The notes under the pieces are model-generated. The model ran no database searches. It was not told where the DNA came from and worked only from the letters and a program-made list of their open reading frames with translations. DNA of 64,000 bases from Laetmonice hystrix (lineage: Eukaryota): contig OZ249436.1 of assembly GCA_965235115.1 (NCBI GenBank), positions 46,190,001 through 46,254,000 on the forward strand, given 5' to 3'. Below, piece after piece: positions 38,331-51,392 of the stretch. The position numbers and the translations under genes were made by a program. Each line of letters starts with the position of its first letter. Within the stretch, counting starts at the first letter, position 1.

Positions 38331-39475
38331 ACTCGCGACATTAGACAGGGGTAGCGTTTAGAATGAGTAGAGTTAGGAAAGTTGTTTTTTCGACCCGGAG
38401 AGCGGGGTAGTATAGCAGATGAGGGTCAGAGCTGGAAGGGGTTAAATTCTGGGGACCGTTTCACTAAACACTCGTATTTTACGAACTCGTAATTTCTATA
38501 GATTATAATAGCAAAATATATTTCTTGTTTACGAGCTATAAGGCCATATACGAGCTCGTATACAGTCTTATATAGTGAAACGAGCCCCAGGACTTGGAAT
38601 AATGATGCAGACCACACTCCGAGGACGCCGTGTCTTGGAATGATCCTAATCGTGTTGGGAAGGTTATTATTGTGGCGCAAGCCGGAAAGCAATCTCTTCT
38701 GATAGTTTTAATTTCAATTTTAATGAGAATCTGTGTTTGTTCAGTATACTGTCTGAAGGCTGACGTTATATTGAGATCTTTTGAACTGAACTCCTTACTT
38801 TCAAGACCATTATTGCATATATGAACAGGCGGATATTATGCTTTACCTCGTGTCCTCACAGATGATTTTTTGTTCACATTTATTGTGCACATGGTTCATC
38901 AGTCACAAAAAGAAAAGTCTTCGATTCGCTATGCTATCCAGTAATACATATTTCATTAGAAGGCTTTCTGTCCTTTGATATGCTGTACTGAGGTGTGTGA
39001 AGAAAATGTATATGTTGCTTTGAGTACCTTAATGTGCAGGCACTTTGTTATTGAGAGTAGGACGAACAGCCTGTGTAATATCAAAACGTTGGGCCTGTCA
39101 TTGCCGTTGGCAGGGTGTCCAGTCATCCCAGTGTTCATTATACTTGGGTTGTCACATTCTGAGACCGAGTATTCATCATGTGGATCACCTTACGGAGGGG
39201 TGGCAACAAAGGTACGGTGTCATAGCCTGCACCCAGGAATTGATTTGTTCTGTACATGTCCTGGGGTGGGGTAGGGGGTTGCTACGGTTACTGTGAGGGG
39301 TGGGGGTGGGGGTACGGTTCCTGTGTGCTGGAGGGGGTAGGGGTACGGTTCCTGTGGGCTGGAGGGGGTACGGTTCCTATCGCCAGGGGATTGCTATGGC
39401 TCCTGTGTGTCATTGATCTAAAATCCTCAGTGTCTGGTCGCTCTCATAGAACCCTTCTCCAGATAGTATGTCATT

Positions 39476-39853
39476 GTGGCTCCTCCTGCACAGGTTCCTC
39501 CTCCTGCCCCAGTTACTCCTCCTTCTACTCATCCTCCTCCTGCTGCTCCTCCTCATCCTCCTGCCCCAGTTCCTCCTCCTACTCCGCCTCCTGCTGCTCC
39601 TCCTCCTCCTGCTCTAGTTCCTCCTCCTGCACCGGTTCCTCCTCCTGCCCCAGTTCCTCCTCCTTCTACCCATCCTCCTGCTTCTGCTCCTCCTCATCCT
39701 CCTGCCCCAGTTCCTCCTCCTTCTACTCATCCTCCTCCTCCTGCCCCAATCCCTCCGTCTTCTACTCATCCTCCTGCTCCTGCTAGTCCTCCTGAACCCC
39801 GCAGTGCCAGCCCGGAGCAGCAATCGACGCTAACCGTAAACGACAACCCTTAA
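39476..39853 (+). repeat. CCT-rich low-complexity tract reading as a proline-rich peptide
   Basis: CCT/GCT/GTT triplet mosaic with internal block duplications; coding status unsupported. Confidence 0.7.
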
Positions 39854-41016
39854 TGTTGGGAATGCTAACATCAACAGACAACCCCTTAAAGTGTTTGAAT
39901 CCAACTTCCCTCACAAAGGCATTGTTCTTTTCTTTTCCTTCTTTTTAGTTCATAAAAAAATATAATAATGAGCTGGAAGATGCACAACAGTACTAAAAGA
40001 CATTACCCGATTGTGAGTTACCCTTCTAGACGTGCACATTTTGGGTTGATTTAAATGTATTACCATTCTCCTTAAACCCATGCATGTTAGGCCATTGTTA
40101 TCTCGCATGATCTTTGGTATTTAGCGCAGAAATGCAAATGTTTAAATGGCCCTGCTAATATTGATGACCTTCAGGGCTTATAAGTAGTCCTCATTGACCT
40201 TGGCGGAAATACGGATGGCACTTAATGGTCATCAAATAGCTGGGAGCGCCATGTCCACTGGGCGTACCCGCGGCGGATGTGGTTGTCTGTTCGCAAGGGC
40301 TTCCCCAGGGGGACCTCCTAAAGAGGTTTTATCTAATGGCTGATACTGGATTGACCCTTAGGGATGCCTGCGTCCATCTGTAAACCCGCCGACTCCTCAG
40401 AATGAGATTAGTCCAGTTATCAGGAAGCCCTTCCCGGAATGTAAAAGATAGAATTAAGGGCAATGAACGTTAGCGTCAGCAGGGTTGGGCTAGTAGACAG
40501 GGCTCACACCGTATAGACTCCAGTGAAATCCTCCTGGGCTAAATACCCGACCGACACACTTTCATATATATTAGGAGGATATAGGCGAGTGGAAAAAATA
40601 AATACTTATAATGGGAACATTATAGTTGTAGGAGTATCATTGTAGGTTGTTAAAGTAGGAGACAAGGTGGACCGAACTAATCCCCTGATCTCACCTCCAC
40701 CCCAGCAAACAAAAGTCGCGATGTTAACAGAAATCAACCTCGACAAGCCTGTGAGTAGGCCAGTGAGTTAGCGGTTTGATGTCCTGTGAGAATAAAACAT
40801 TACTTATAACTTGTTCAGTTTGGGTAAGCCCATGTCAGTTGTGGAGTACTGGGGAGGGATAATAAGAGAAATTACATTGGAAACCCCCAAATCCGTCTGT
40901 GCCAGGCCGGTAATTCTGCAACTCTCGCCCCAGTCGTCGCCTCTTGTGAACATTCAGGGTATGGCGAGGACCAGTATTTTATAGGAAACTGAGAAATGTG
41001 ATTCCTAGATAGGATG

Positions 41017-41030
41017 CCGCTAGGGGGCGC
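41017..41030 (+). promoter_or_regulatory. CTCF-like motif
   Basis: CCGCTAGGGGGCGC. Confidence 0.35.
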
Positions 41031-41492
41031 CTGTTCATGTTCTCAGTATTCGCCCCCTCTGAGACGTCTAGATTAGGACGCTGATGAATGAAACCCCGGC
41101 GCACATCGTACCTCGGCAAGTTTGGTCACGTTCAGTCTAAATACAAAATGTTCATTTTCTTGAAATATGATCAGTCTTCAAAGGACATATTATCCTACTT
41201 ATTTTTACCGAATTCTGTAATATATTCTACTTTTTTGCCTTCAAGAAACTGAAAGCAACTTCTGAAGAACAATATTATCATTAAATTTGTATTATATATA
41301 GTGTCCTTTAAGATTGTAATGATGATGTAACATTATCATGGCACTTTATAAAGATAACAAAGTCATGGTTTCTTGTTTTCTTGTGAAATACAAATTTAAT
41401 ATGCGAAAGCTTCTTAATTAGTGTGTACTCATGAGCAATATTTCATCATTGACAGTGCCCATAACAAGGGGATTCTTTACCATGTGTAATCA

Positions 41493-41542
41493 ACCGTACG
41501 ACGTACCCTCATGAATATTCATGAGTTTTGACGTCGTACGGT
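41493..41542. repeat. 50-bp imperfect palindrome
   Basis: ACCGTACGACGT..CTCATGAATATTCATGAG..ACGTCGTACGGT. Confidence 0.8.
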
Positions 41543-42529
41543 CTGGGTGGGAGATATCTGTAGGGCAGTGTGCCAATCAACTGTATGCATCGAACCCTAA
41601 CGTCAGTAACGTGACTAATGCCACTAATGAAGTGGTACCGGTTGCTGGGACTAGAGCCCTACTTATTGCTCACGTGATGCTGACCGTGCTCGGGTTCTGC
41701 CACGCATGCGTTTGTTGTTAATTACCGTTGTGAAGTAAGAACTAGATCCGGCAGGTCACCGCGCGCTGTCTTATAACTACAGATCACTCCGCAGATCACC
41801 AATAGGCCCATTCGGCCCACCTCGGGACTGTCCGGGCCAGATCCTCTCGGCCCTCGCACAGTCGTGACCATGTTGGATCACGTGACACAACGTGGTCAAA
41901 ACGGCAACGGCAGACACACCGACAAAGGTGAAAGACAAGCAGTGTCTGGCTTGTTTAAAAACAGATCTCCGCTTGATACCTCTGACAAGTGGATTAGACG
42001 TCAGAGAAAACCTATTTAGGTCTCTACAGATACCTTTTTAGATGTTGACATTCCTATTGGCATTGTTTATCGTCAGACGGAGGTCAACGTTTGTCCCGCG
42101 GACGAGCTGTCTCACTTGGGATTCCCTCGGGATTCCGTTGGGCGTATGACGTCATTTCTTATGTTGATACAAGCTAGCAAAGTCGTATGATTTCATAAAT
42201 ACTGCAAAACTGAATGTGTCGCGGCTGCTAAGAACGATCGAGACTGCAAATCTTCGGAAATGATCCATCTTTCCTGATGAACAATCCCGCGTTAGGCGGC
42301 GAACACCGACATTCTATGAACTACTTTGCGCCGTTGCGCACTACGCGAGTTGTGATGTACCCAAACCCGTGGAATCACTGTCATATCTCTACGGCTTGCG
42401 ACGTCCGAGTCCACAACTAGCGAAGCGACCGGAAGTTGGGCCGAGGTTTTCCGAATGCAATAGGCCTACATCGTGCTGATCACGAGCGTGCCTGCTGCGA
42501 TACGCAGATTACGGTAATTAGGTCAAGGT

Positions 42530-42735
42530 CTAACGTCAACCTCGCAGTAACGCTAACGTCAGGCTCGCAGCAACGGTAACGTCAGGCTCGCAGTAACGGT
42601 AACGTCAGGCTCGCAGCAACGGTAACGTCAGGCTCGCAGCAACGGTAACGTCAGGCTCGCAGCAAAGATAACGTCAGCGCCGCAGCAAGGATAACGTCAG
42701 CGCAGCAGCAAGGATAACGTAAATCTCGCAGCACC
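42530..42735. repeat. 23-bp minisatellite, ~9 copies, degenerating at the ends
   Basis: Unit GGTAACGTCAGGCTCGCAGCAAC. Confidence 0.9.
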
Positions 42736-43537
42736 GATAACTTTCGGTGCTATCGGCAGGCATTGTATGCCTTGATCGGGGCGTTGTCATAAATAGGGCA
42801 GTGATCAGGAAAATTGTGATATAATATTAGATAAACATGCAGCAAGCTTACTTGCCTTCAAAATGGTCTTGATCAACCTGTGGCCGTAATTCAAAATTTA
42901 AGTGATTTATTTTTCTCCCCTTATAAAGGATTATCTGTGGCGGGCGGTGGTCTCGACGCTGGTGGACAGAACCAATTAGACCGTGCTACAGCCCCTACGC
43001 TATGCCCTATATCGGCTGTCATTATGACTCGGTGAAATGTGTTAACTCTGACTTTTAAAATATATATTTCTAATTTTTGCTGCCTGATATCCAAACTGTA
43101 GCCTAACAAAGGCAAACTCCTCGTATCGCCGTATTACTGAAGGAATGCCGGATTTCTTCCCCAGGTTGAACGTCAATTTTAACGTAAAACGTTGAATATC
43201 CTGCTACGAAGAATTTGAAGTGTAGAAACCGCGTCTATGTCGATCGAATGTACATTGTTCTATTCACTACAGTTTCCTTTTTCAGTGGCAGACATGATGT
43301 GGGCCCTTTTATCTCCACGTCATCTACCGTTGTCAGTGGTGGGTTTTATGTGGATGTCTTCCTACAGACCACGGGTTGAAGTAACACTGTTTAGTGTGTA
43401 AAGAAAGGGCGTACTTCCTCTGCTTCCTCTACTAAAACACCCTCAGATAAATCAAACAAAGAGCGCAGTATAGCTGTATTGCCAGTCATCTAACTGGAGC
43501 TTCGTTAATGCTGATCTGAAAGAAAGATTGAGACATC

Positions 43538-43696
43538 AAAGTTAGAAAGAATGTTAAAGTTAGAAAGAATGTTAAAGTTAGAAAGAATGTTAAAGTTAGA
43601 AAGAATGTTAAAGTTAGAAAGAATGTTAAAGTTAGAAAAATGTTAAAGTTAGAAAGAATGTTAAAGTTAGAAAGAATGTTAAAGTTAGAAAGAATG
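43538..43696. repeat. 18-bp minisatellite, ~9 copies
   Basis: Unit AAAGTTAGAAAGAATGTT. Confidence 0.93.
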
Positions 43697-45030
43697 CAGC
43701 GCCTCAAAGAATGTTTCATGAGACCGGCTAAGTTAAAATACTACGCTTCAAACTATACGGGTAATCATCTCAAACCTGGAAACGATCAGAATGTACACAT
43801 TACACAACGCAATGAGATGTAATCTTTTCCAAACATAGTAACACATGCCAGAGGATTAGGTAACAATGTGCTGTACTGAGAAAAATTGCAAGTTTGCTGC
43901 CATGGTATACGTATCCGGGGGCCTTTACCTGAATCAAAAAATGAGATTTAGTGAAAATGTGGACATCTACTAAGGTAGGAATGCATTAGGACGGAAATAG
44001 AGGTAACAGTAACGGAGGAAATCTAGTCAAATATTTAATGGGACTTAGGGAGTCGCTTGCCGATTCTTACATTACTGTGTTCACTACTAATAACGATTTT
44101 ACACAGTTCGAAATGCCTACTGCCGTAAGGCGATCTCCTGATTTCCTAATCTTCTCGAGCAGACGTCAGCGTCCCAGCCAGCAGTTTACAGTAACACCGG
44201 TGTTTTCCGAAAGTTTTCATCAACTGTGATGTGATGCGAGATGGCAAAACCAAGTCATTTCAGCATTTCATAGCGTAGAAATTCGGTTTTAACCTTCGAG
44301 TTCAGAACGTGTGACAGATTATTCGCGGGAAATGCAAATTTTGTATTTTATTTCATGCCATGCCGTCTTTATTGTGTGCTCGGATGGCGACATGGCTTCA
44401 GTTAAAGGGTAACAAAATTCTATACTGGAGGCAAACTTAATATGTTAGAAAAGCTAAAACATTGTATCCTATAGCGGGGAATTTCAGATAGAAAAGATTA
44501 AAAAAGGAAAGTTGTAAAGTTTGCTGTCAGGTGGACACATCCTGACATTTATTTGGTCTGGTACTTTATAGCGTCATTAAGAAATGTCTATTGATTAGGC
44601 ATGTCGACGTGTCAGCCTTTGATGTATACTAGAAGTCCCTTTATATACAGTTATGTGTTTTTTTATCCTTCCTTTACCGTAGACGTGGCACACCGATCAA
44701 TGTATTGGTGAATGTGATTGCGGCCGCCAGATGTCGCGCAGGTGCTGGGTCCCAAGGGGTCTGCCGGAGACGAGTAACTCCTTACTTATATCACAGACAA
44801 GACTACATACATGTATTCTTCTTGTCTGTGCTTATATGCTGTCATTGACTGTATGACTAGCGACGCTTTGAAGTGTGATGAGGCGTGTAGTCATGCATCA
44901 TTATGGAGATAATGATGTGTACGACCAATTACTGTAGCTGGAAGGGTTATTCCCAGTGTGATATGTTGTGTAACATAGGAGTTGTTTTGTATGGAAGATT
45001 CTGATACTGGAACGAAAAGGTTTTAAAAAG

Positions 45031-47554
45031 TTGTGTTTTTCCCAACGTTAGAGGCGTCTAAGGACATGTGTGAATTTAATGACTGCTTTGCCTTAATCCC
45101 TGTCGGCAGCCATTGGTGACAAGGTGGCAAGGTCGCAAGCTGGCCCAGTACGGCATTCCCGGCGTATGATGCCCTACTCTTTTTGAGGGGTGGCAAGGGT
45201 TGCTTTACATGCCTTTGAAGGGTAGCAAGGGTTGCTTTACATGCCTTTGAGGGGTAGCAAGGGTTGCTTTACATGCCTTTGAGGGGTAGCAAGGGCTGCT
45301 TTACATGCCTTTGAGGGGTGGCAAGGGTTGCTTTACATGCCTTTGAGGGGGAAGGGTTGCTTTACATGCCTTTGAGGGGTTGCAAGGGTTGCTTTACATG
45401 CCTTTGAGGGGTTGCAAGGGTTGCTTTACATGCCTTTGAGTGGTAGCAAGGGTTGCTTTACATGCCTTTGAGGGGGAAGGGTTGCTTGACATGCCCCATG
45501 CATCCACATACACTGAGTTCTTGGTAATATGCCCGACCTTTGATAACCTGATCGGAAGAGTTGGGTAGGAGGCCGACTCCAAACACCCAGGAGCACCACA
45601 ACCTATAGTTGTTCTACTGGTTCGGTCAGCCCACTCAGTCAGGACCTCGGGGTCCTTGTTTTTGTTGTGTTTTTCCCAACGTTAGAGGCGTCTAAGGACA
45701 TGTGTGAATTTAATGACTGCTTTGCCTTAATCCCTGTCGGCAGCCATTGGTGACAAGGTGGCAAGGTCGCAAGCTGGCCCAGTACGGCATTCCCGGCGTA
45801 TGATGCCCTACTCTTTTTGAGGGGTGGCAAGGGTTGCTTTACATGCCTTTGAAGGGTAGCAAGGGTTGCTTTACATGCCTTTGAGGGGTAGCAAGGGTTG
45901 CTTTACATGCCTTTGAGGGGTAGCAAGGGCTGCTTTACATGCCTTTGAGGGGTGGCAAGGGTTGCTTTACATGCCTTTGAGGGGGAAGGGTTGCTTTACA
46001 TGCCTTTGAGGGGTTGCAAGGGTTGCTTTACATGCCTTTGAGGGGTTGCAAGGGTTGCTTTACATGCCTTTGAGTGGTAGCAAGGGTTGCTTTACATGCC
46101 TTTGAGGGGGAAGGGTTGCTTGACATGCCCCATGCATCCACATACACTGAGTTCTTGGTAATATGCCCGACCTTTGATAACCTGATCGGAAGAGTTGGGT
46201 AGGAGGCCGACTCCAAACACCCAGGAGCACCACAACCTATAGTTGTTCTACTGGTTCGGTCAGCCCACTCAGTCAGGACCTCGGGGTCCTTGTTTTTGTT
46301 GTGTTTTTCCCAACGTTAGAGGCGTCTAAGGACATGTGTGAATTTAATGACTGCTTTGCCTTAATCCCTGTCGGCAGCCATTGGTGACAAGGTGGCAAGG
46401 TCGCAAGCTGGCCCAGTACGGCATTCCCGGCGTATGATGCCCTACTCTTTTTGAGGGGTGGCAAGGGTTGCTTTACATGCCTTTGAAGGGTAGCAAGGGT
46501 TGCTTTACATGCCTTTGAGGGGTAGCAAGGGTTGCTTTACATGCCTTTGAGGGGTAGCAAGGGCTGCTTTACATGCCTTTGAGGGGTGGCAAGGGTTGCT
46601 TTACATGCCTTTGAGGGGGAAGGGTTGCTTTACATGCCTTTGAGGGGTTGCAAGGGTTGCTTTACATGCCTTTGAGGGGTTGCAAGGGTTGCTTTACATG
46701 CCTTTGAGTGGTAGCAAGGGTTGCTTTACATGCCTTTGAGGGGGAAGGGTTGCTTGACATGCCCCATGCATCCACATACACTGAGTTCTTGGTAATATGC
46801 CCGACCTTTGATAACCTGATCGGAAGAGTTGGGTAGGAGGCCGACTCCAAACACCCAGGAGCACCACAACCTATAGTTGTTCTACTGGTTCGGTCAGCCC
46901 ACTCAGTCAGGACCTCGGGGTCCTTGTTTTTGTTGTGTTTTTCCCAACGTTAGAGGCGTCTAAGGACATGTGTGAATTTAATGACTGCTTTGCCTTAATC
47001 CCTGTCGGCAGCCATTGGTGACAAGGTGGCAAGGTCGCAAGCTGGCCCAGTACGGCATTCCCGGCGTATGATGCCCTACTCTTTTTGAGGGGTGGCAAGG
47101 GTTGCTTTACATGCCTTTGAAGGGTAGCAAGGGTTGCTTTACATGCCTTTGAGGGGTAGCAAGGGTTGCTTTACATGCCTTTGAGGGGTAGCAAGGGCTG
47201 CTTTACATGCCTTTGAGGGGTGGCAAGGGTTGCTTTACATGCCTTTGAGGGGGAAGGGTTGCTTTACATGCCTTTGAGGGGTTGCAAGGGTTGCTTTACA
47301 TGCCTTTGAGGGGTTGCAAGGGTTGCTTTACATGCCTTTGAGTGGTAGCAAGGGTTGCTTTACATGCCTTTGAGGGGGAAGGGTTGCTTGACATGCCCCA
47401 TGCATCCACATACACTGAGTTCTTGGTAATATGCCCGACCTTTGATAACCTGATCGGAAGAGTTGGGTAGGAGGCCGACTCCAAACACCCAGGAGCACCA
47501 CAACCTATAGTTGTTCTACTGGTTCGGTCAGCCCACTCAGTCAGGACCTCGGGG
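45031..47554. repeat. 634-bp tandem repeat x4, each unit containing ~9-10 copies of a 32-bp subrepeat
   Basis: Identical ORFs recur at offsets of 634; subunit CAAGGGTTGCTTTACATGCCTTTGAGGGGT(A/G)G; the four copies look identical by eye. Confidence 0.96.
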
Positions 47555-47667
47555 CCTCTCAAATGGTCGTCTAGGGACGACATTATGGGACTCACGGAGG
47601 TAGGATTTGTATTTGGGGTTTACGCCTCACCAACGGCTGCATGGGTCTTGTAGAGGCGGGTTTACGG

Positions 47668-47696
47668 GTGGAGGAGACCGGAGTACCCAGGGGAAG
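47668..47696 (-). mobile_element. Fragment resembling the conserved V-domain of V-SINEs
   Basis: GTGGAGGAGACCGGAGTACCCAGGGGAAG resembles the reverse complement of the V-SINE core GGTTT(T/C)CTCCGGGT(A/G)CTCCGGTTTCCTCCCAC. Confidence 0.5.
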
Positions 47697-48588
47697 TTAC
47701 CGTCCTTGTAGCAAGCATGGATCAACATATAGGAAACGTGTTCACATTGATGTCACAAAGAAAGAGAACGGCTGTAGATGGTCATGTTGCTTTATAACAA
47801 GATTTACACCTGAGGGGGAACTATTAAAACATTTTATTAGAACAATACGACGATACTATACGGAGGAAGGGAATTGTACCTGGGGTATAAATTGATGAGT
47901 TGTAGTGATCGCAATAAAGGTAAGTAATTCATGGGGGGGATGTAGGGGCAGCCCCCCCCCCCCCCCCGAAGAAGTTTCTTTATTGTGTCTTCTGTTCCCA
48001 GTACTTTGTGCGTTTTTGGAAAAATAAAACAAAGGAATTTATCTTGTTCAAACCTGGGTGGGTCCTGTTCCGCCGCATATATGCGATACTGAAACTGAAC
48101 TATACGGAATGTATCAAATGTTCATCAATGTAAAACCTATGGTGGTAGCGTGATAGCCCGTATCCTTTGATACAGTTTGCTTTTGAAAGGTTCATGAATA
48201 GTTTTGATTGCGAACTGTTTTCATGATCCACGGTGGAGCTCGCTATGGTACGAGAACCCAGCCTGCTTTACCCAGGAGAAGCTCTGTGTCAACTAAACCT
48301 ATCGGTACCCAAAAACTCAAAAACACTTTTTAAACTCAAATTCATGTTGAAAAACTGCGTTGGCGGTTGGAAGCGAATATGATTGTAGATTTAGCACGTG
48401 GCGTTCTAAAAACCGGCACGTTTTCTGGGGTGAGACAACGTTGGCCGTGGTTTATCTCCTGGCACATTCACTAATTGCTTCCGACAGTAATGTTTAAAAT
48501 ATATCACCATGCCGACGGAGTGTAGGGATGTGATCTACAAACAAGTTCAGTTTTCGTTTAGACGAAGCTAACTGCAGTGGAGGTGGAA

Positions 48589-49119
48589 CTAAGACCATCT
48601 ATCAATGATTAAATCACTTTTTATTGTAGAGAATTTTATAAGATTTTGTAGCCAGTATTTGAAATCTGATAATCGTGAATGTTCTAGGTACCTTAGGAAA
48701 ATTTTCAAGCCAAACTGACGACACATGATGACATAGAGAACCGCTCTGAGATTACTGTGCAATGACTTTCGACAGTTGGAGAATGGTGAGTGAATGTATT
48801 TGAGTAAGGTTGACAAATGAGAATTCCATGTTTTCACATCACTGTATTGAGCTTCTTTGCTTTCCTGAGATGTTTTAAACAAATGGAGGGCCTTGAGTGC
48901 ATACATCTCATATTTTGTATTGTAAGTTTCCGTTTTAAGCTCTAACCCAGTGAGTATGGATTCACCCATGGTGTTTGCCTTTAACGATGGTTACGGGAGA
49001 CTCAGAAGAATGCCATCAAAGTCTCTGCGCCACTGGTGGTGTGAAGGATCTATTCCCGTAGACCACGTTCTCAATTCTTTGATCACTTCAAAGTACATAC
49101 TTCTAAAGGACCGCTCCAT
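48589..49119 (-). pseudogene. Stop-interrupted coding-like frame of unknown family (177 codons, one internal TAA at 48991-48993)
   Basis: The 126-aa ORF extends in frame past one TAA to an ATG at 49119 (MERSFRSMYFEVIKELRTWSTGIDPSHHQWRRDFDGILLSLP*); non-repetitive with protein-like composition. Confidence 0.35.
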
Positions 49120-50127
49120 TCAAACCTAGCCTATTGTGTTAGTATCGTAGAGTGACATGCGTACCTTGCATCAACTAAGTCCTCATGCGAGGGAGGTTTA
49201 TGAATGCCACAAATTGATCCTCCCATCAGACGATCTCACCCGTGCTTGGATCCCTTGCCGGACGAGACGTCTTTGATTCCAGAGTGGCGTTCACCGCACA
49301 GTAGCTGGACATACTTGTATAAAAGTTCCTTAGACAGTTAAGCCTACTTACACACTACTCTGTTCGGCGTGATTATTTTTTTCAAATAGGGTTCAGTAGA
49401 AGAAACAAAAGTGTATGAGACCTCAGCCTCAACTGTTACCATTGAAAACTGCGTGGCTTAAATTAACAATGGAACATTGGCATTATGTTAGCTAGGGATG
49501 TACAAAGTGGGCATCATTAACTCCTAGCTAAGGAAGAAAACAAAAGATTCTTTGGACGCATGCGCTCACAGTCTCCACTTGTTTTACGGTTGTTTTCTTC
49601 TAATTTCTTCACGAAGATGTTAGTAAATCACAAGGAAGGCAAAAGTTTGTTTGACATTAAAACTCAGAAAGATTTAGAAAATTAGGGGTGCGTCAGTTGT
49701 CCTGAATGAATGGAAATGTCAAGTGGTAATCAGGACCGGGTCGGCCTCCCACGCACTGTTTAGAAAAGTCCAGGTAGGATGCAATCAGTCCTCAACACCA
49801 GACGTCTCCAGGATATAATATGCCACTTTCAGGCCGTTAGTCCCTACAGGGACCTCCTTTACCAAGCTTCTTAATCTTCCGACTGGACTTGTGCAAATTT
49901 AAAGAGGTTAATTTGATCGTTTCGAAGTTATGAGGAGGGGCTGGCCACTGAGTAGTTTGGCTAGGGGTCACCTTGAGGAGTACTGATGAACATTGATGTC
50001 TTGGCCTGGGGTGGAGGTACAAGTGCACGTGAAGGGTCTGCTGTTGGAGGAGCAGCCCGCTTCAGCCAGCCAGTGTCCGGTGTGAGTGATACGTGCTCGT
50101 CAGGAAACCATTACAATATATTCTCAA

Positions 50128-50353
50128 NNNNNNNNNNNNNNNNNNNNNNNNNNNNNNNNNNNNNNNNNNNNNNNNNNNNNNNNNNNNNNNNNNNNNNNNN
50201 NNNNNNNNNNNNNNNNNNNNNNNNNNNNNNNNNNNNNNNNNNNNNNNNNNNNNNNNNNNNNNNNNNNNNNNNNNNNNNNNNNNNNNNNNNNNNNNNNNNN
50301 NNNNNNNNNNNNNNNNNNNNNNNNNNNNNNNNNNNNNNNNNNNNNNNNNNNNA
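50128..50353. other. Assembly gap (226 N)
   Basis: Run of N. Confidence 0.99.
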
Positions 50354-50619
50354 GTCCCTCAGATACCTCCTTGAGAATAAACCCGAGATATTTATTTACA
50401 CAGAAATGAGTACCTCTCAGTAACGAGAGCAGAAACTTCCGAGTGCAGTTATATTCTCAAGTCAAACCGGAAGACACAGGCGGAGGCAATTCGTTCTCCT
50501 AGACCTTGCTTCGCCCACGAGTCGTAGGCCTACTTGGTATTGTGGGCTTGGCTAACTGTAACATATAGTTGCTATTTCAGAAAACAAGAAGATTTATTAC
50601 TAAAACTCTTGTAACTGCC

Positions 50620-50970
50620 ACTATCGCCATCTATCAAATGTGCCAAACGTTCTCAGAAATGAACGCTACCATGGCAACGTAAGACCGGAAGCAATTGTTT
50701 GTACATGACGTCGTGTTGCAGCGAGTTGAACGTTTTACTTGTTCAGCAGCCCGCTATGGTGTGTTCACTCTCCCTGCTGACATCACTGTGGAGTGGATTG
50801 CTGTGTTATGCCATTTACAGGACCGGCCAAGATTAGCTCGGGGAAGCCAATGAAATGACGGCAGACATGTCTCAATCAGGTCCCGATGGCATCAGAACGA
50901 TCCGAAACGACACGACAACGTCTTTTACGTCACGGGAGGCAATACTGCTCAGGGTAGCGCATGCGCTGCA
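50620..50970. promoter_or_regulatory. Promoter-like motif cluster (X-box, ETS, CRE-like, NRF1)
   Basis: GCTACCATGGCAAC 50665-50678, ACCGGAAG 50684-50691, TGACGTC ~50706, GCGCATGCGC 50957-50966. Confidence 0.4.
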
Positions 50971-51392
50971 GGAGGACCCACCTCCTCCTGTCTCAGCGCC
51001 CCCCCCCATGCCATTAGACCGAACTGGTATCAGACTTAATGCGGGGGGGGGGGGCTTATTGATTTCTAATGATTGCACGATACCCTGATGCGGAAATCAC
51101 CCGTCCGTCCCTGCCAAACTAAGTGGGCCACACAACTACAGCATGACGTCAAGGTCATAGATCAAAAATCTTGAAGCTCCATGGGGATTATGTCCAAGAC
51201 ATTAGTAGAGTATTTTGTATTCCTCAGGTAGTCCGTTGTTCTAAACCTCTGTCTTTAAGAAGGACTGATACAGTCAAAAGACCTATGAAGGCTTTGAACC
51301 ACTTGGGCGATTTGTTAGTTGATTTTCTTGAGATCTTCAGTGTAAAAGATGGATAACACTTCAGCTCAACGGACCGGAAGCCAACAGGACAC

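Noticed and set aside
49986-50423. ORFs spanning the N run
   Set aside because: Artefacts of translating the assembly gap.
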